This document shows, piece by piece, positions 1-11,359 of a DNA stretch of 64,000 nt. Origin of the DNA: Euglena gracilis (taxonomy: Eukaryota); the NCBI GenBank assembly GCA_039621445.1, contig CP154954.1, forward strand, positions 15,147,805 through 15,211,804, read 5' to 3'. Made by a program: the position numbers and the translations under genes. Numbering within the stretch: position 1 is the stretch's first letter; each line of letters begins with the position of its first letter. The notes under the pieces were generated by a model. That model was not told where the DNA came from and searched no databases. It saw nothing but the letters and a program-made list of their open reading frames with translations.

Positions 1-637
1 AAAGGTAGAAAGCTACCGCCACACGGGAATGGCCCGTGAGTTCCATACAAACGCTGGGGCAATGCGCCTCGCCGTCGAGGAACACGCCAAGGTAAGAATG
101 CCTTACCTCTGGACCGATGGCGACTGGGAGACACAGGTTTACCCCCTGTTCTCCAAGCGTCAGCACGGCGGATACGCCTTGCCACTGTGGCCTCCTGAAG
201 AACACGATTTAGTGGACTTCAGAGGTTGGTTGGCGGCTGTATTACGGCCCCATACTGCAAGAGCTCGGACAGCGAAGTGGATGTATGACATCAACTTCAA
301 GCAGACCCCGGGGATGCCTCCGCAGGTGTCTGCGAATCACCCCCGGATGAATTACATCATCTGGCCGGTGATGCTGCCCAGAATTTTCTGGGAACAGCTC
401 CAACGGTACCTTCAGCACATTGCTGACCGTACCAGGGAGAAGCTGCCGGACAGTTGGATCAAGGACTGGGAGACCCCATCCTTTGATGTCAAAGATCCGG
501 AGCACAACACCATCCGGAGCGAATCAGCTCCGCAGCGTTCCCCACGCCAACTGGAGTTGGTTGAGGACCCATTAGGGGACCCTCAACACGACTATTGGCG
601 TGAGGTGCGCGAACGCCCAGCCGATAAAGGCAGGTGA
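1..637 (+). CDS. C-terminus of accessory ORF Z (unknown function), 5' end outside window
   Basis: ORF 29..637 matches the C-terminal 202 aa of ORF 42431..43450. Confidence 0.65.
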   Translation, partial: KVESYRHTGMAREFHTNAGAMRLAVEEHAKVRMPYLWTDGDWETQVYPLFSKRQHGGYALPLWPPEEHDLVDFRGWLAAVLRPHTARARTAKWMYDINFKQTPGMPPQVSANHPRMNYIIWPVMLPRIFWEQLQRYLQHIADRTREKLPDSWIKDWETPSFDVKDPEHNTIRSESAPQRSPRQLELVEDPLGDPQHDYWREVRERPADKGR

Positions 638-752
638 GGTGGCTGTAAGCGCCAATGCGGCGTCTTTCAGAAACCTCGTCAGGTATTTGCCTGACACCCT
701 GTTCGGGTATTTGCCCGAACACCCCTTCGAAGACCCTTTGCGGTATATATAT

Positions 753-1553
753 TATATACCGCCCGAAAGGCAATGGTAGAGCCGAGGCAGCCGTGAAATC
801 CGTTGTCAATATGCTTCGCCTTTCACTGGCTGACTCGGGTAAGAATTGGTTATCCGTTCTTCATTGGTGTTTATTTTACATCAATACGTTGCCAGGGTTG
901 GTATTAGCACACTCACCGTACAAAATTGTTTTCGGACGAGACCCTCCGGCCATAAGGGATATCCCCTCGGAGAGACCCGCCCGAAGTAGTGTCAGCTGTG
1001 AAACGTGGTTTGCAGAAGTGGAATCACTCCGCCCTGCAGTCCAATCACGTGTCACAGAAATTCATTCCAACAAACGGAAATCGTTTTTACAAAACTTCAA
1101 CACACCCGTGTATAGTCCAGGTGACCGCGTGTGGGTACGGAATAGCCGCACCCGCATGCAATCTTCCAAGCTAGATCCTCTTTGGCTCGGCCCATGCGAA
1201 ATTTTGGAGAGATTAGGTAGTATCGGGCGATATAAAGTTGCCTTGCCCAACGGGATTTAGGACGTCCATATGGACGACTTCAAACCGTACCTAAGCCCCC
1301 CAGACGGAAAGACTATCACCTGCCTATATTTTAAGCCCCGTTCCAGATTACCTGAAACGGACGACTTTGTGGTCGATAAGATAATAGAGCACAAGGTCGA
1401 CAGGGGTGTGCACTACTGGAAAGTTTGCTGGAAAGGGTATGGGCCAGAGAGGACACTTGGGAGCCAGCATCCAGTTTTGTTGGACATATCCAGCAGTATT
1501 GGAAGCTGTGGAACAAGCGCAATAACATAGACATAAACATAAACACTTTCTGA
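753..1553 (+). pseudogene. pol: Integrase C-half + GPY/F-like region + chromodomain (family A), disrupted
   Basis: YRPKGNGRAE (integrase catalytic Glu region), SPYKIVFG, WLGP, FVVDKIIEH..YWKV.WKGY; in-frame TAG at 1258-1260 (GAG in the copy at 36788) and a 1-nt deletion near 1450. Confidence 0.85.
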
Positions 1554-1743
1554 AACGATTTCGTTTCGGAGAATGTGTGTGTTTTATGTGAATGTTTCGC
1601 GTTTATACCCCCCCCTGCACTCATCTTCTGTCTTTCTCACAGAGTTTTTGATTAGACAGAAGCCTTCTTTTTTCAGTGCACCAGCACTCAAAGCTACTGA
1701 CAAAAAGGTTTCCCTTCGCTGCAGTCGTCGTTCGGGTAGCATC

Positions 1744-3259
1744 ATGCTGCCTGGGCGCGGACCTGGACCAGGTCCACCATGGCCGCAGCCTCCTGGCGCT
1801 CCATACCCCCAGTACCCTCAGTATGCTGAGGCCCCGATTCCGGGTGCCCCACATGCTGAGAGTGTTTCAGCCCCGGTATTCGCCGCGGCTACCAGCAGCC
1901 GGTCCGCATATGCGTCACCAGATCCATCTGCCGTCCAGCAGCTGGCACCCCAGCCACCAGTGCAGCGCAGATTGCGCCTGCCCCCGTATGCGGGAGAGAT
2001 GATCTTCCGCACTACGGAGACTTTGGAGCGGGCGATGTGTATGTGCGCACACCCCCCAACGGATCCCTTTATGCAAGCCCTTTGGGATGCATACTGTGCT
2101 CAGTTGTTGGTGGTAACCAACACGCCTGTGGCTCAGTGGTGTCCCTGTGGTCAAGCCCTGATGACGGGGAGACAGTATTTCTCGTGGGCATCCGATTCCG
2201 GATTCAAGCCTGGCGAAACAATGATGGACCTTGGCGTGTATGTGCCGCCCATGCTGCAAACGCAGAGGACGGTGGGATCCCACACCGGGCATATGCGTGA
2301 GCATACGCCCCCACCGGTAGGTGAGGCTGTGCATGTCCCACCTGGGATGACGAGAATTTTTGCTCGCCCGCCCTCGCCGCAGCGAATGCCCCCGCGCGAG
2401 CAGCCAGCGGAGCAATTTGTCTCGCAGTACGCGACGCACGCGGATTACCCGCGCGGCGCACGCGTGCTCCCAGCCGGACAGTCGGACGTGCCCCCTGAGG
2501 CATACGTCCAACACATGTTCGTGCACTGGATGCCACAGGCATCACCGGTCTCCCCTGCCCCTGGCGTTGAGCCACGGCGGCTTGGAATCCATAGTGGTGG
2601 AGGATGAACCTCCCCACAGTGTGGCAGCCTGACCGCCCAGTGCACCTCCTGTCCAGACCGGGGATATCCCCCGTCGGCAGGAGGCTCCCCACTACCACAT
2701 GGCACCTCCGGGAACCGAGCAGGATGAGCTTGCTCGGCACTTCCTGCAGGAGCCAGTATTCGCGTCTGAAGAGCACCGGACGAGGTATTACGCCTCTCTG
2801 GCTGCCCTTCAGGGATACACCCCCTACCATCCGTACCAGCCGCAGCTGCGGGTGGCAACCCCGGTTTTACCCGGTGAGCCCCCGGCAGGTGTGGCAGTAT
2901 TACCTGCCACCCTGAAGCGCGACAGGGCTACGGAGAACCTTACCCCACAGCCCAGGCGACCCGAGCCAAGGGACGCGGAAGGCGGTGTGGCGAGGCAGGT
3001 GGAAGCCAGCCAGGATACCCCGACTGGACGACCACCGGCAGAGGCACAGGTGGCGATGAGCCGTCCTGTTGCCGCAATGCCACCGCCGATCCCTCCGGTA
3101 TGGAAGGAGCCGCGACCCCCTGCGTCGAAGCCAAGCCCACGCCAGGCTCCTAGCCAACGCCCAGCCACGCCATCACCGCGACGTGCAGCAGGTCGGCAAG
3201 ATCCCTCCCAAGAGATGGAATGGGAAGGAACCGAACCGACTGCGGCACCGAGCGCCTGA
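1744..3259 (+). pseudogene. Accessory ORFs X and X2 (Pro-rich, unknown), copy A1
   Basis: ATG at 1744; frameshift near 2580 relative to the copy at 37276; TGA at 2630-2632; X2 at 2699..3259. Confidence 0.55.
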
Positions 3260-3432
3260 CCCTCTGGTATTCGCCAGATGGGGAAGGACACTGGCAAGGC
3301 TGAGGGCAAAGGCAAAGGAGAAGGCAAAGGCGTTTGCCGGCAAAGGTAAGGGTGAGGGCAAAGGTGAGGGTAAAGGTAAGGGTACAGGACGTGAGGAGGA
3401 AGAAGAACCTGCGGAAGTCCTCTCGGACTTTG

Positions 3433-5757
3433 CTCCCCTTTTTTCCCAGTCCCTTTTTCACCTTGAGTTTTCCCATCAGGTCCGCTGCCAGCTCCGCGTA
3501 TCCTGGGATGTAGGAGGAGTAGTAGTTGGTGAATCCCAGGAATGCGCGGAGGGCTGTGATGGTTTTCGGGTCTTCCCACTTTTCCAGGGCCATCAGTTTT
3601 CCTGGGGCTGGTCTCCGTTGTCCTCCCCCCAAGATGTGTCCGCAGAATTCCACTTCATGCACAAAAAACTTACATTTTTTTATGTCGGCTACGAGCAGCT
3701 GTTTCTTGAGTGCCTCCATGACTCTGCGGATGTCCTTGTCGTGCTGGAGGATTGTTGCCTCTTCCGTTCCCTGCCAAACTGTGCCTACGATGATGTCATC
3801 TACGTAGGGGTTGGCAATGTCTGCGACCTCCTCCAGGCTGTATTCAATGACCCTCTGGAAAATTGGGACTCCGTTTTTCATCCCCATCACCACTACTTTC
3901 CACTGCTTCGTTCCTCTTGGTGTACTACAGCAGGTGTAGGGTCGGGATTCCTTTCTCATGCGTACCTGATGGAAAGCATCCTTTAGGTCCAACACACTGT
4001 ACATTGCTCGTTGACCCTGTTGGACCAAGATGTCTTCGATGCGGGGGAGGGGGTTTGCGTCTGTCACCGTGGCCTCGTTCAGGGCCCTGAAATACACCAC
4101 CCCCCCTCCACTTTCCCCCTTTCTTGGCCACCACTAACGTGGGGCTGGACCAGTCACTTCTCCCATCCTCCACCTTTTCATCCCTGACCCACTCGTCGAC
4201 CATGTCCAGGAGTGCCTGTCGGCGTTCTCCGGTCATGTGGATGGGTCTTTGTTTTTTTGCCACCGTCCCAGGTTTGAGTTCTATTTTCCCGAAACCCAGT
4301 GGACCCCGTTCAGGGGGGTTTGGGTAGATCTTGTCCCTCAACACCACTCCCTCGTAGTCTTTACGCAGCTTTGCGACCAAATCTGTCACCCTGTCTCCCT
4401 CCACAGCCTGCCCTTCAGGTACGGCTATCACCCCCTGGACCCCCTGTGGGGCTTTGCGTTTTCTGGTTACCAGATGCTGGGCCAGATTTTCCAAAACTGT
4501 TTCGTCTTCAAACAAAAATTCTTCCGTTTCACCTGCTTCTGCTGGCACCTGCAGGTTCATGGCCCGCACTTTGCTGATTTTCTTCAAAATGTTTCTGTCA
4601 CCCTGTTCCCGTTCTCTTACTCCTTTCCAACTTGTCAGCAGGAGCAATGGTTCCCCTATCAGGGCCAGTGAATGTAGGTGTGGAAAAACCCCTAAGTGGT
4701 GTTGCTCCATCCAGGGATACCCCAAAATGGCATCCACCTGGATTGCCGCGTCGTGGAAGGTCCCCGTGGTTGTCCATTCCCTTGTGTTGTCTTGGTTGAA
4801 AATCTGGGCCGTGAATTTCAGTGTTAGTGTCGTTTCATGCAACCCTCCCCCCATCCGTGTGCCGTCGGCAGTGACGAGGGCCAAGGGGTGGTTTGACACC
4901 GTGAAGGCTCCTGGGGGTAGGAGGTCTTTTCTGATCAGGTTGGTTTGGTTTGTTTCACCATTCGGGCAGACCGCACGAATGCCAATCAGAAGTTGCTTGG
5001 ACTTCCCCCGTTTCACCACCTGTCCCAACAGTCGTTCCGATGCTGGCCCAAGCAACCGTTTTGGCAGGTGAACGTTTTCATGGTGCCTCCGTGGGATTTT
5101 TGGCTGTGCCGCAGGCTCTTGTGTGTTTTGTTCATCTTTCCAACCAGCCAAATCTTGGATCAGTTTCTCTGGAATTCGATACTTTTTGTTTCTGGAAATA
5201 CTCGTCGTGTTTGAGATTTTCACCCGGTGACCCTTCTGTCCTGGCATCAGGTTGGGACATGTTCTCCCATCACACAGCTTTCCCTGTATTTGCAGGATAT
5301 CTGGGCTGCCCCAGATTCGTGTTGGCTTTTTGTGCCCCCAGTCGGAGTATTGACAATAATCCACATCAACAAATGGATATGGTTTCACGTACTCCCTGTG
5401 TCTGAGGTACCCGTGTCTGGGATTTTCCCGCCACCATTTCTGCGGTCGCAGGAATTTCACGATCTCCAGGGCCTTTTTGGCCAATGCGTCCCCCTTCTCC
5501 AGTTGTCTTGGTCTGGTTGTGAGTGCCAGGCTGAATTCCGTACAGGGAACTCCACAGTCCACCGTGTGGAATTCCCCAGGTTTCAAAACTTTCTTGTAGT
5601 CCCACGTCAAGACATCCACCTGAAAATATGCCTGCCACTTGGGGTCCAGGTCCACTGTCACCACCTGAAACCCCATTTTTTTGTATGCTTGGCCCACCGA
5701 CTTGGTACCACAGAAAAGGTCCAGCATTTTCCGTTTCGGTTCTGCTGCACGGTCCAA
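3433..5757 (-). pseudogene. pol: Pol part: C5-cytosine DNA methyltransferase (about 5757-5140) + aspartic protease lacking its DTG motif + reverse transcriptase, truncated
   Basis: LDLFCG, VDLD, GVPC, ENP, DYCQY..KPTRIW, RIPEKLI; ILGYPW; LPRIED, DLKDAFHQ, MGMKNG..FQR, YVDD, KCKF, FCGH, LRAFLG; extra C in homopolymer near 4100 (continuous in copy B2). Confidence 0.9.
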
Positions 5758-5766
5758 AACGTTTTT

Positions 5767-6555
5767 TCACGGCAGGTCTGTTTTCCCCAGTGGCTGGTGT
5801 TCATCACCCCCCTCCTCTGTCTCCAAAGGTGGAACATGTTGCACCGTCCCGAAGTTGACCTTGGACGTTGAGTGTGGGGGGGTCATGTGCTGGTGGAAGC
5901 CCGTCAGGTAATCACAGCGTTCCGTGTACCCACACACCAGCAGCACCTCCACTGGCCACTGTGTTTCCCTGCAACCCTTGTCGATCCTGCCAAAAAAATT
6001 GGTTTTTGCGGGAAAAGTCATGGACATGAGGGTCAGTTTTCTGGCCTGTGGGTACCAAACTCGGTGTTTCCACTGAGGCACCACCAAAACTGCGTGGGCC
6101 TGGTCTGTCTGAATTTTTTTGATCACCTGTGGGATTTTGTCGAACGGGGGGTTGATCCACAGGAGGCTGCCCTGCCAATTTTTTTGGAAGGCATCTGTGC
6201 CGTGTGGGCTGCCTGGTCCCCACCAACGCGGGAACCGCTTGTCCTGTTCTGTGGCGAAGGCATCCACCTGTGGTTGCAAACCGACATGTGAGATGATCTT
6301 TTTCACAAAACTGTCCTGCACATAGTACTGGTTGGTGATCCAACGGGAGGCTGCCCGCCCAAATCTGCAGCAAGCCTCCTCCCGTGGCACCTGAGTCTTT
6401 GTGTTTTGTCTTTGTCTGTTTTGTGCTTTCTGGTCTGAACCCCTGGCTCCCTTACCTCCCTCCGTTCGCTGTTTATGCTGTGGTAATGGCTCCTTTCTGT
6501 CCCCCTGTTCGGTTTGTTTTCTCAGAGAGTCGCCCCTCTCGTCCCCTCCCTCCAT
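5767..6555 (-). CDS. N6-adenine (amino) DNA methyltransferase-like ORF, DIRS-MT/phage Dam-like
   Basis: VDAFAT...DAF..NW...LWINPPF..IPQVIKKI..D.A.AVLVVPQW..RVW; NPPF at 6142-6153. Confidence 0.85.
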   Translation of the reverse strand: MEGGDERGDSLRKQTEQGDRKEPLPQHKQRTEGGKGARGSDQKAQNRQRQNTKTQVPREEACCRFGRAASRWITNQYYVQDSFVKKIISHVGLQPQVDAFATEQDKRFPRWWGPGSPHGTDAFQKNWQGSLLWINPPFDKIPQVIKKIQTDQAHAVLVVPQWKHRVWYPQARKLTLMSMTFPAKTNFFGRIDKGCRETQWPVEVLLVCGYTERCDYLTGFHQHMTPPHSTSKVNFGTVQHVPPLETEEGGDEHQPLGKTDLP

Positions 6556-6567
6556 ACCGCAGCTGCT

Positions 6568-9500
6568 TCACTTCTGCCCCTGGGCAGCAACCTGCTGTCC
6601 AGTCTGTGGTGCTGCTGTTTTCTGTGTCCACCGCGGTGGCTGTGGACACTCCCGTTTGAAATGTCCCGGCTGTTCACAGTTGTAACACCGTCCGTCATCT
6701 GGAGGTGGCCCGTACCTGGGCTGTCCGGTTGTCCCGGAGTTCTGTGTCGACTGCCAGGACGGTTGTCCTTTTCCTGAATTTCCCTTCCCGCTCCCCTTCC
6801 CAGACCCTTTTCCCTTGCCTTGGTCAGGATGCGAACCCTGTCCCTTGCCTTTTCCTTTCCCCTTGCTGTAATCCACAGTGGTCCAGCCTGCCCAGCTTTG
6901 GCCCTGATTTTGACTCTGTCCCTGATTGTAGGGGGCTGGGGGCTGGGGTTGTGGGGCACCCGAAGGCTGCCTTTCATTTTCCGGAGTCGGTGGTCTGGGT
7001 TTTCGGGAATTGGAACGGGACCGGGCAGGTGGGGGCGTTTTGCTTCTGGGTCGAGAAGAATTGTTTTCTTTCACCTCCCGGACATACCCCCTTTTGTCAC
7101 TGGATCTTGATCGATGTTCCCGTGGCTGGTTCTGCCACCCCCCGAAATTTTTTCCGAACGTGTCAGATTGTTCCTGACATCTCAGTTCTGTTTCCACCTT
7201 TGCAAACATCTCCTCCAGGGACAGCTTTGTTTGTACCACTGTGAATCTGGGTTGGTGTCCTGAGGCCAGGGCTGTGCCGTTCTTCATCATCAGCAGCTGG
7301 GACGCCCTGCTGCCGTTCAGGCTGATGATGAAATCAGTTCCGTCGGTTGTCACGAGGAACCTTTCGTCAGCCCCAAGTGTGGCTGCCACCAGTCTTGTTA
7401 CGTCTTCCCTGGTTGCGTCTGGGACCCCAGGTACGTTTGTCAGCCCCTTCAATTTCAGAGTGGGTCTGTCTTGGTTACTCCTGTCTTGTTCACGAATGCA
7501 GTTTCTGCGCATCATTTCGGGCATCCGTTCAGCGACCAATGCATACGCATCGTCTGTGGAGGGGTGTTCCAACCGACTGTAGAGCAGTTTGAAGCGTGCT
7601 TCAAACTCCCTCCATGCCCCCAGAGTCAGTTTTCCATCGTACCTGGGTTTCAGGTTTTTCAGCTCCTCCTTTATTGCCAGCTGGGTGTCCCCTTCGTACT
7701 TTTGGCAGAGCCAATTCCAAAATTCCTGATACCTGATTTTTTCCCCCCGTTCTTGTCGTCGCTGGAGCTCCAGCCGGCCCGTCTCGTCTAGGCTTCCCTC
7801 CAAAATTGTTAGTTTCATGTCATCTGTGAGGGGTCCCTGTCCAGCTGACAATCGGTTCAGGTAGATGGGAAATTTCACAGAAAAATCTGCAAAATTTCCT
7901 TGGACGAGCGGTCTGACCAGGTCTTTTGTCATGGCTGCACCCACTGGTCCCATCATCAGCCCAATGGAGGGGGCAGCCTGTGCTGCCACTGGGGCGACAA
8001 CCGTTTCTGCCCCCACATGAAAAATGGGTGTGTATGTGCTGCCGAATTGGGGACCTGCTGTGTTTTGTGGCCCTGGGTTTTTCTTCTGTCACCCATGTGA
8101 ACAGATCCCGCGTTCGTGGCTGTGAGATCTGGCTGGGACCTGTGTTTTCCCGTTGCTGACCCTGCTGTTGCATCATGTTTTTGATTTCCAACAGTTCCCT
8201 CTCCAGTCGCTGCTGGTGTTCCAGCATTGGGTCTGTCGGTTTCGGTCGAGGTTGAAAAGGTTGGGCGTCGGCTGAAAGTTCAAACACAGGTTGGGGTTTG
8301 GGGGGTTGGGTCTTTGACACGGGGGAGTCCTGTCGGATTGAAAGTTTTTTAAATTCTTCTTGTACCGTTTGCACCATTAGGGTTTTTAGGTCAGGGAGGT
8401 CCCAACCCACACCTGGCACAGGTTCTCGGGGTCCTCGGGTCCCCTCCCGGAGCTGTCCTGGGGGTCCTCGGGTCCCCTCCCTGGGCTGTGTTAGGGGGCT
8501 TTGGGGCCCCCAGCCCCCCGTTGGGGTCACTGGCTGTGGGGCCGAGGCTGCTGGCTGTGGGGCTGGGGCCGCTGGCTGGGGTCCCCCCAACCCCATCAGT
8601 TCTGCCCAAGCCTCCGGCTGGGGCCCAGATGCCAGCCCCTGCCCCGTGATGGCTGTGGCTGGGCCTGGGCTTCGCTGCCTTGCTGCAGCAGTTGGCTGGG
8701 GTTCTTGGGTTTGCCCCTTCCCGCTTGGCGGTTCTGTTGTCCGTCTGGACAACTGCCCCACTGGCCCAGGGGCTGGGGTTTCTGGGGTTTTCCCCATCCC
8801 CTGTTGCCGCCGGTCGCTGAGAGAGCTAGAGGCTGCTGAGAAAGAATAAGATTGAGATTTTTCAAAACTTTCTTTTGTCTTTTGTGTCAGTTCAGTCAAT
8901 TCATTTAATCTTTTTTCGGTGGCCTCCCATTTCGTTTGCCACAGTTGGTTCTGACTGTGGAACTCGGCAGTCAGCGATCTACACTGCTGCTGCCAAATTC
9001 CAGAGTCTTGCGCTTCTTTCAGTGTTGTTCGTGTAGTGAGGTCTGTCAGCTGTGCCTCCAACCGTCCCACCTTGTTTACCATCTGTCCCAGTGTGGATGA
9101 CATGTCGATCAACCTGGCCTGGTCACTGGCTTCCTGCGACCCAGTCTTGAAAACCCCCTTTTGCAATTCGCCCAGTACCCTCCTGAATGTCTGGGCCGAT
9201 TCCTCCACCTTGTGTCCCAGCCCGGTCATTTCCTGGTTCAGGCGGGCAAATCTTCTTTTGTTGTCGTCGTTTGAGGCCAGGGTGTCCAGACGTCTGGTCA
9301 AAATGGCCATTTCCTGTGAAAGCTTAGTCATCCGCTGTTCCAATGTTTGATCCTGTTGTCCCTCCGACAGTTGTTCCACCCTTGCGTTCAGCCCTTTCAT
9401 TGCCTTGGTAAAATGTTCTTGTGTTTGTTGAACCCTGTGGTTCAGTTCCTTCAGCGTCTCGTCACAGTTGCCTGCCAGTGTCCCTACCTGGCGTTCTGTC

Positions 9501-10029
9501 TCTGCCTCCCGTGATTTCACCTCCCGTTGACTTTCAGCCAACCCAGCCATTGTCTGTTCGACCCGCTGCATCCGCATCTGCAATTATTGAAGCACCTGCT
9601 CGTTTTGTTTCTGCTGGCCGAGTAATCCTATGAGGTGTTGCCCCTGGGTCTGTGTGCTTCCCCCTGCCACTTGCAGCAAACCCTGGAACCAGTTAGTTTT
9701 TTCGTCCAGCAGCCCAGCCATCACCTTCAGGTCCCGAATCTGTTGTCCCAGGTTCTCAAAGTGTCCCTGGTACAGTCTGTTTTGATTCGTCACCATCCCC
9801 TCCAAGTTTTCAGTTACCGTGGCCAGGTTTGTGGACAGCTCTTCATATCCGCCGTCTGTTCGCCACACCAACCCTTCTGTCCGTTCCCCCTGTGTAATCA
9901 GCTGCTGTTCCAAGCGTGTAAACTGTAGTTCTGTGTGTTTTGAAGTCGTTGTATCACCTCTGTGGTTTTCTGGTTCACAAACTCAGTGGCTCGCCTGAAA
10001 GTTTGCAATTCCTGCTGGAATTCCGTCAT
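6568..10029 (-). pseudogene. gag: Gag with long coiled-coil N-terminus, GKG-rich segment and CCHC zinc knuckle (copy B1, with indels/stop)
   Basis: CYNCEQPGHFKREC; collinear with the uninterrupted 1153-aa ORF 49484..52945; breaks near 9935, 9585 and 8080. Confidence 0.85.
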
Positions 10030-10787
10030 GTTCTGTACGAAACTGGACCACCAGTTTGTGTCGGCGAACCAGTCGTAATGTTCTGGTCCGCCTCAGATTC
10101 CTCCACCCCTGCACCGTTGACCTGGAAGTGGTCTTCGTTCGGGCTCTGTCTTGCCGCTTCCAGGCTCAACAGTTGGTTCTGAGTGTCTGTGCTGGGTTCT
10201 GGGTGGAATGTGAGCTGCAGTGGCTGTGTTTCCTGGTAGATGTCTCCCAGTTCGTCGTCTTCGGCGTCCGTGAACTGTGTCGTCCCTGTTTCCTCCTGAG
10301 TCCTGGGGTTCTGTTCCCCATCTTGTTCCATTTCAACCATCGCAATTGTCATCTGCGACAATTGTGCAATGTCAACGTCGCACCCCAGGGTCCTGGCCAT
10401 GTCTGTGGTCGTTTCTGTGTCGTATTCCCATTGTTCAGGTTCCTGGTTCCATTGCAAGTTTTCTGGGGCGGTCATTGTGAATTCTGTCATTGTGATTCCT
10501 GTTGCTGGGGCATTGAAATGGACATCTGTCTCTGAACCAGCCGACCTAGCGACGGCTGATGAGACAGATTCCTGTGGTTCTGTGGTATTTTCCTGTTGTT
10601 CAGTCCAGCCGCCTTCGGGGGAACTGAAAATGGGCAAAAACCCTCTGCTACCATTTGTACGGGATAACCCCCTTTGCTGCTCCGCTTGTTCCAGGTCCGT
10701 GGGGTTTCCCTGTCCCCGCGTAGGATCGATTACCCTGCCCAGTTGAATTTCAATTCCCCGCGCGGCCTTTGTTAAAAATTGTTTCAT
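10026..10787 (-). CDS. Upstream acidic 253-aa ORF (Gag N-terminal part or ORF0), starting inside the 5' LTR
   Basis: Open in both B copies; ATGA stop/start overlap with gag; reads through the PBS as NGSRG. Confidence 0.55.
   Translation of the reverse strand: MKQFLTKAARGIEIQLGRVIDPTRGQGNPTDLEQAEQQRGLSRTNGSRGFLPIFSSPEGGWTEQQENTTEPQESVSSAVARSAGSETDVHFNAPATGITMTEFTMTAPENLQWNQEPEQWEYDTETTTDMARTLGCDVDIAQLSQMTIAMVEMEQDGEQNPRTQEETGTTQFTDAEDDELGDIYQETQPLQLTFHPEPSTDTQNQLLSLEAARQSPNEDHFQVNGAGVEESEADQNITTGSPTQTGGPVSYRT
10641..10653 (-). promoter_or_regulatory. Primer-binding site, initiator tRNA-Met type
   Basis: TGGTAGCAGAGGG 2 nt after LTR-end CA; complementary to the ...CCUCUGCUACCA 3' end of eukaryotic tRNAi-Met; same 12-mer in family D. 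Confidence 0.85.
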
Positions 10788-11359
10788 TTTCTTGTGTTAA
10801 AAGACCTTTTTCCTTTTTGGGGTTGGTGTGGGGTGGGTCCTTGGGGGGGTCACAAATCGGGCATAAAACACCTGTAGGTCTTGCTCAAAGCAGCGAAATG
10901 CTTTCAAATTGGTGGTCGTGGTCAGTGAAGGTCTTCGGTGCCGGCGAACTGGCGCTTCTTAGGCACACCAGCAGCAACAACTCCTGCTTCAGACTTCACT
11001 TCAGATCACAGGACCAATGCTTGAACAGATAATCAACTTCCACTTCCAATGAAATCTTGACAAACTTGAATTGGCTTGAAACTTGAACCAAATAGGCCAA
11101 TGGCAAATAGATAATCAGATTGAGCAAGGACAGAGTAGTGACAGAGCCCTGTGGAACATGTTGTAAAATCGTGGTTAAAATCTGGTCAGAGGTTAAAATT
11201 CAGTTAGGAGGGGATTATCCTAATTGTTTCACCATTGAAACTGTAGGCCCCTGGTTGGGTCAAGTCCCCTGGTTAGTTCTGTGGGCGCCTGGGTTAGCTT
11301 TTAAGGTTAGCGCCTGAGGTTAGCTAACTTACCCGGGCACTCAGCACCCCTGACTCACA
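10656..11359 (-). repeat. 5' LTR of B1 (about 704 bp)
   Basis: TGTGAG start at the insertion boundary, ...GTACA end followed by PBS; no 3' LTR remains for comparison. Confidence 0.75.

Larger units (their letters stand above)
1..3432 (+). mobile_element. Family A Ty3/Gypsy element, 3' half (end of ORF Z, junction, INT-chromodomain, ORFs X/X2, start of ORF Y); copy A1, left part
   Basis: Near-identical to 42814-46350 and 35605-38965; contains integrase C-half and chromodomain motifs. Confidence 0.85.
3433..11359 (-). mobile_element. Family B Ty3/Gypsy LTR retrotransposon carrying N6-adenine-type and C5-cytosine MTases; 3'-truncated; copy B1
   Basis: Begins TG at 11359 exactly where family A sequence resumes; 5' LTR, PBS, gag with CCHC knuckle, two MTase domains, PR remnant, RT (YVDD); breaks off before RNase H at 3433. 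Confidence 0.92.

Noticed and set aside
3069-3986. Chimeric ORFs 3069..3986 and 45513..46904 as real genes
   Set aside because: They run from ORF Y or X2 across the deletion junction into antisense RT
5767-5769. Genome-wide TGA reassignment
   Set aside because: Long pol and gag frames use TGG for conserved Trp and contain no internal TGA; other internal stops are TAA/TAG and copy-specific
5767-6555. DIRS element suggested by the Dam-like domain
   Set aside because: The related family C has an aspartic protease, DDE integrase and chromodomain, B has a tRNA PBS and TG..CA LTR, and no tyrosine recombinase is present
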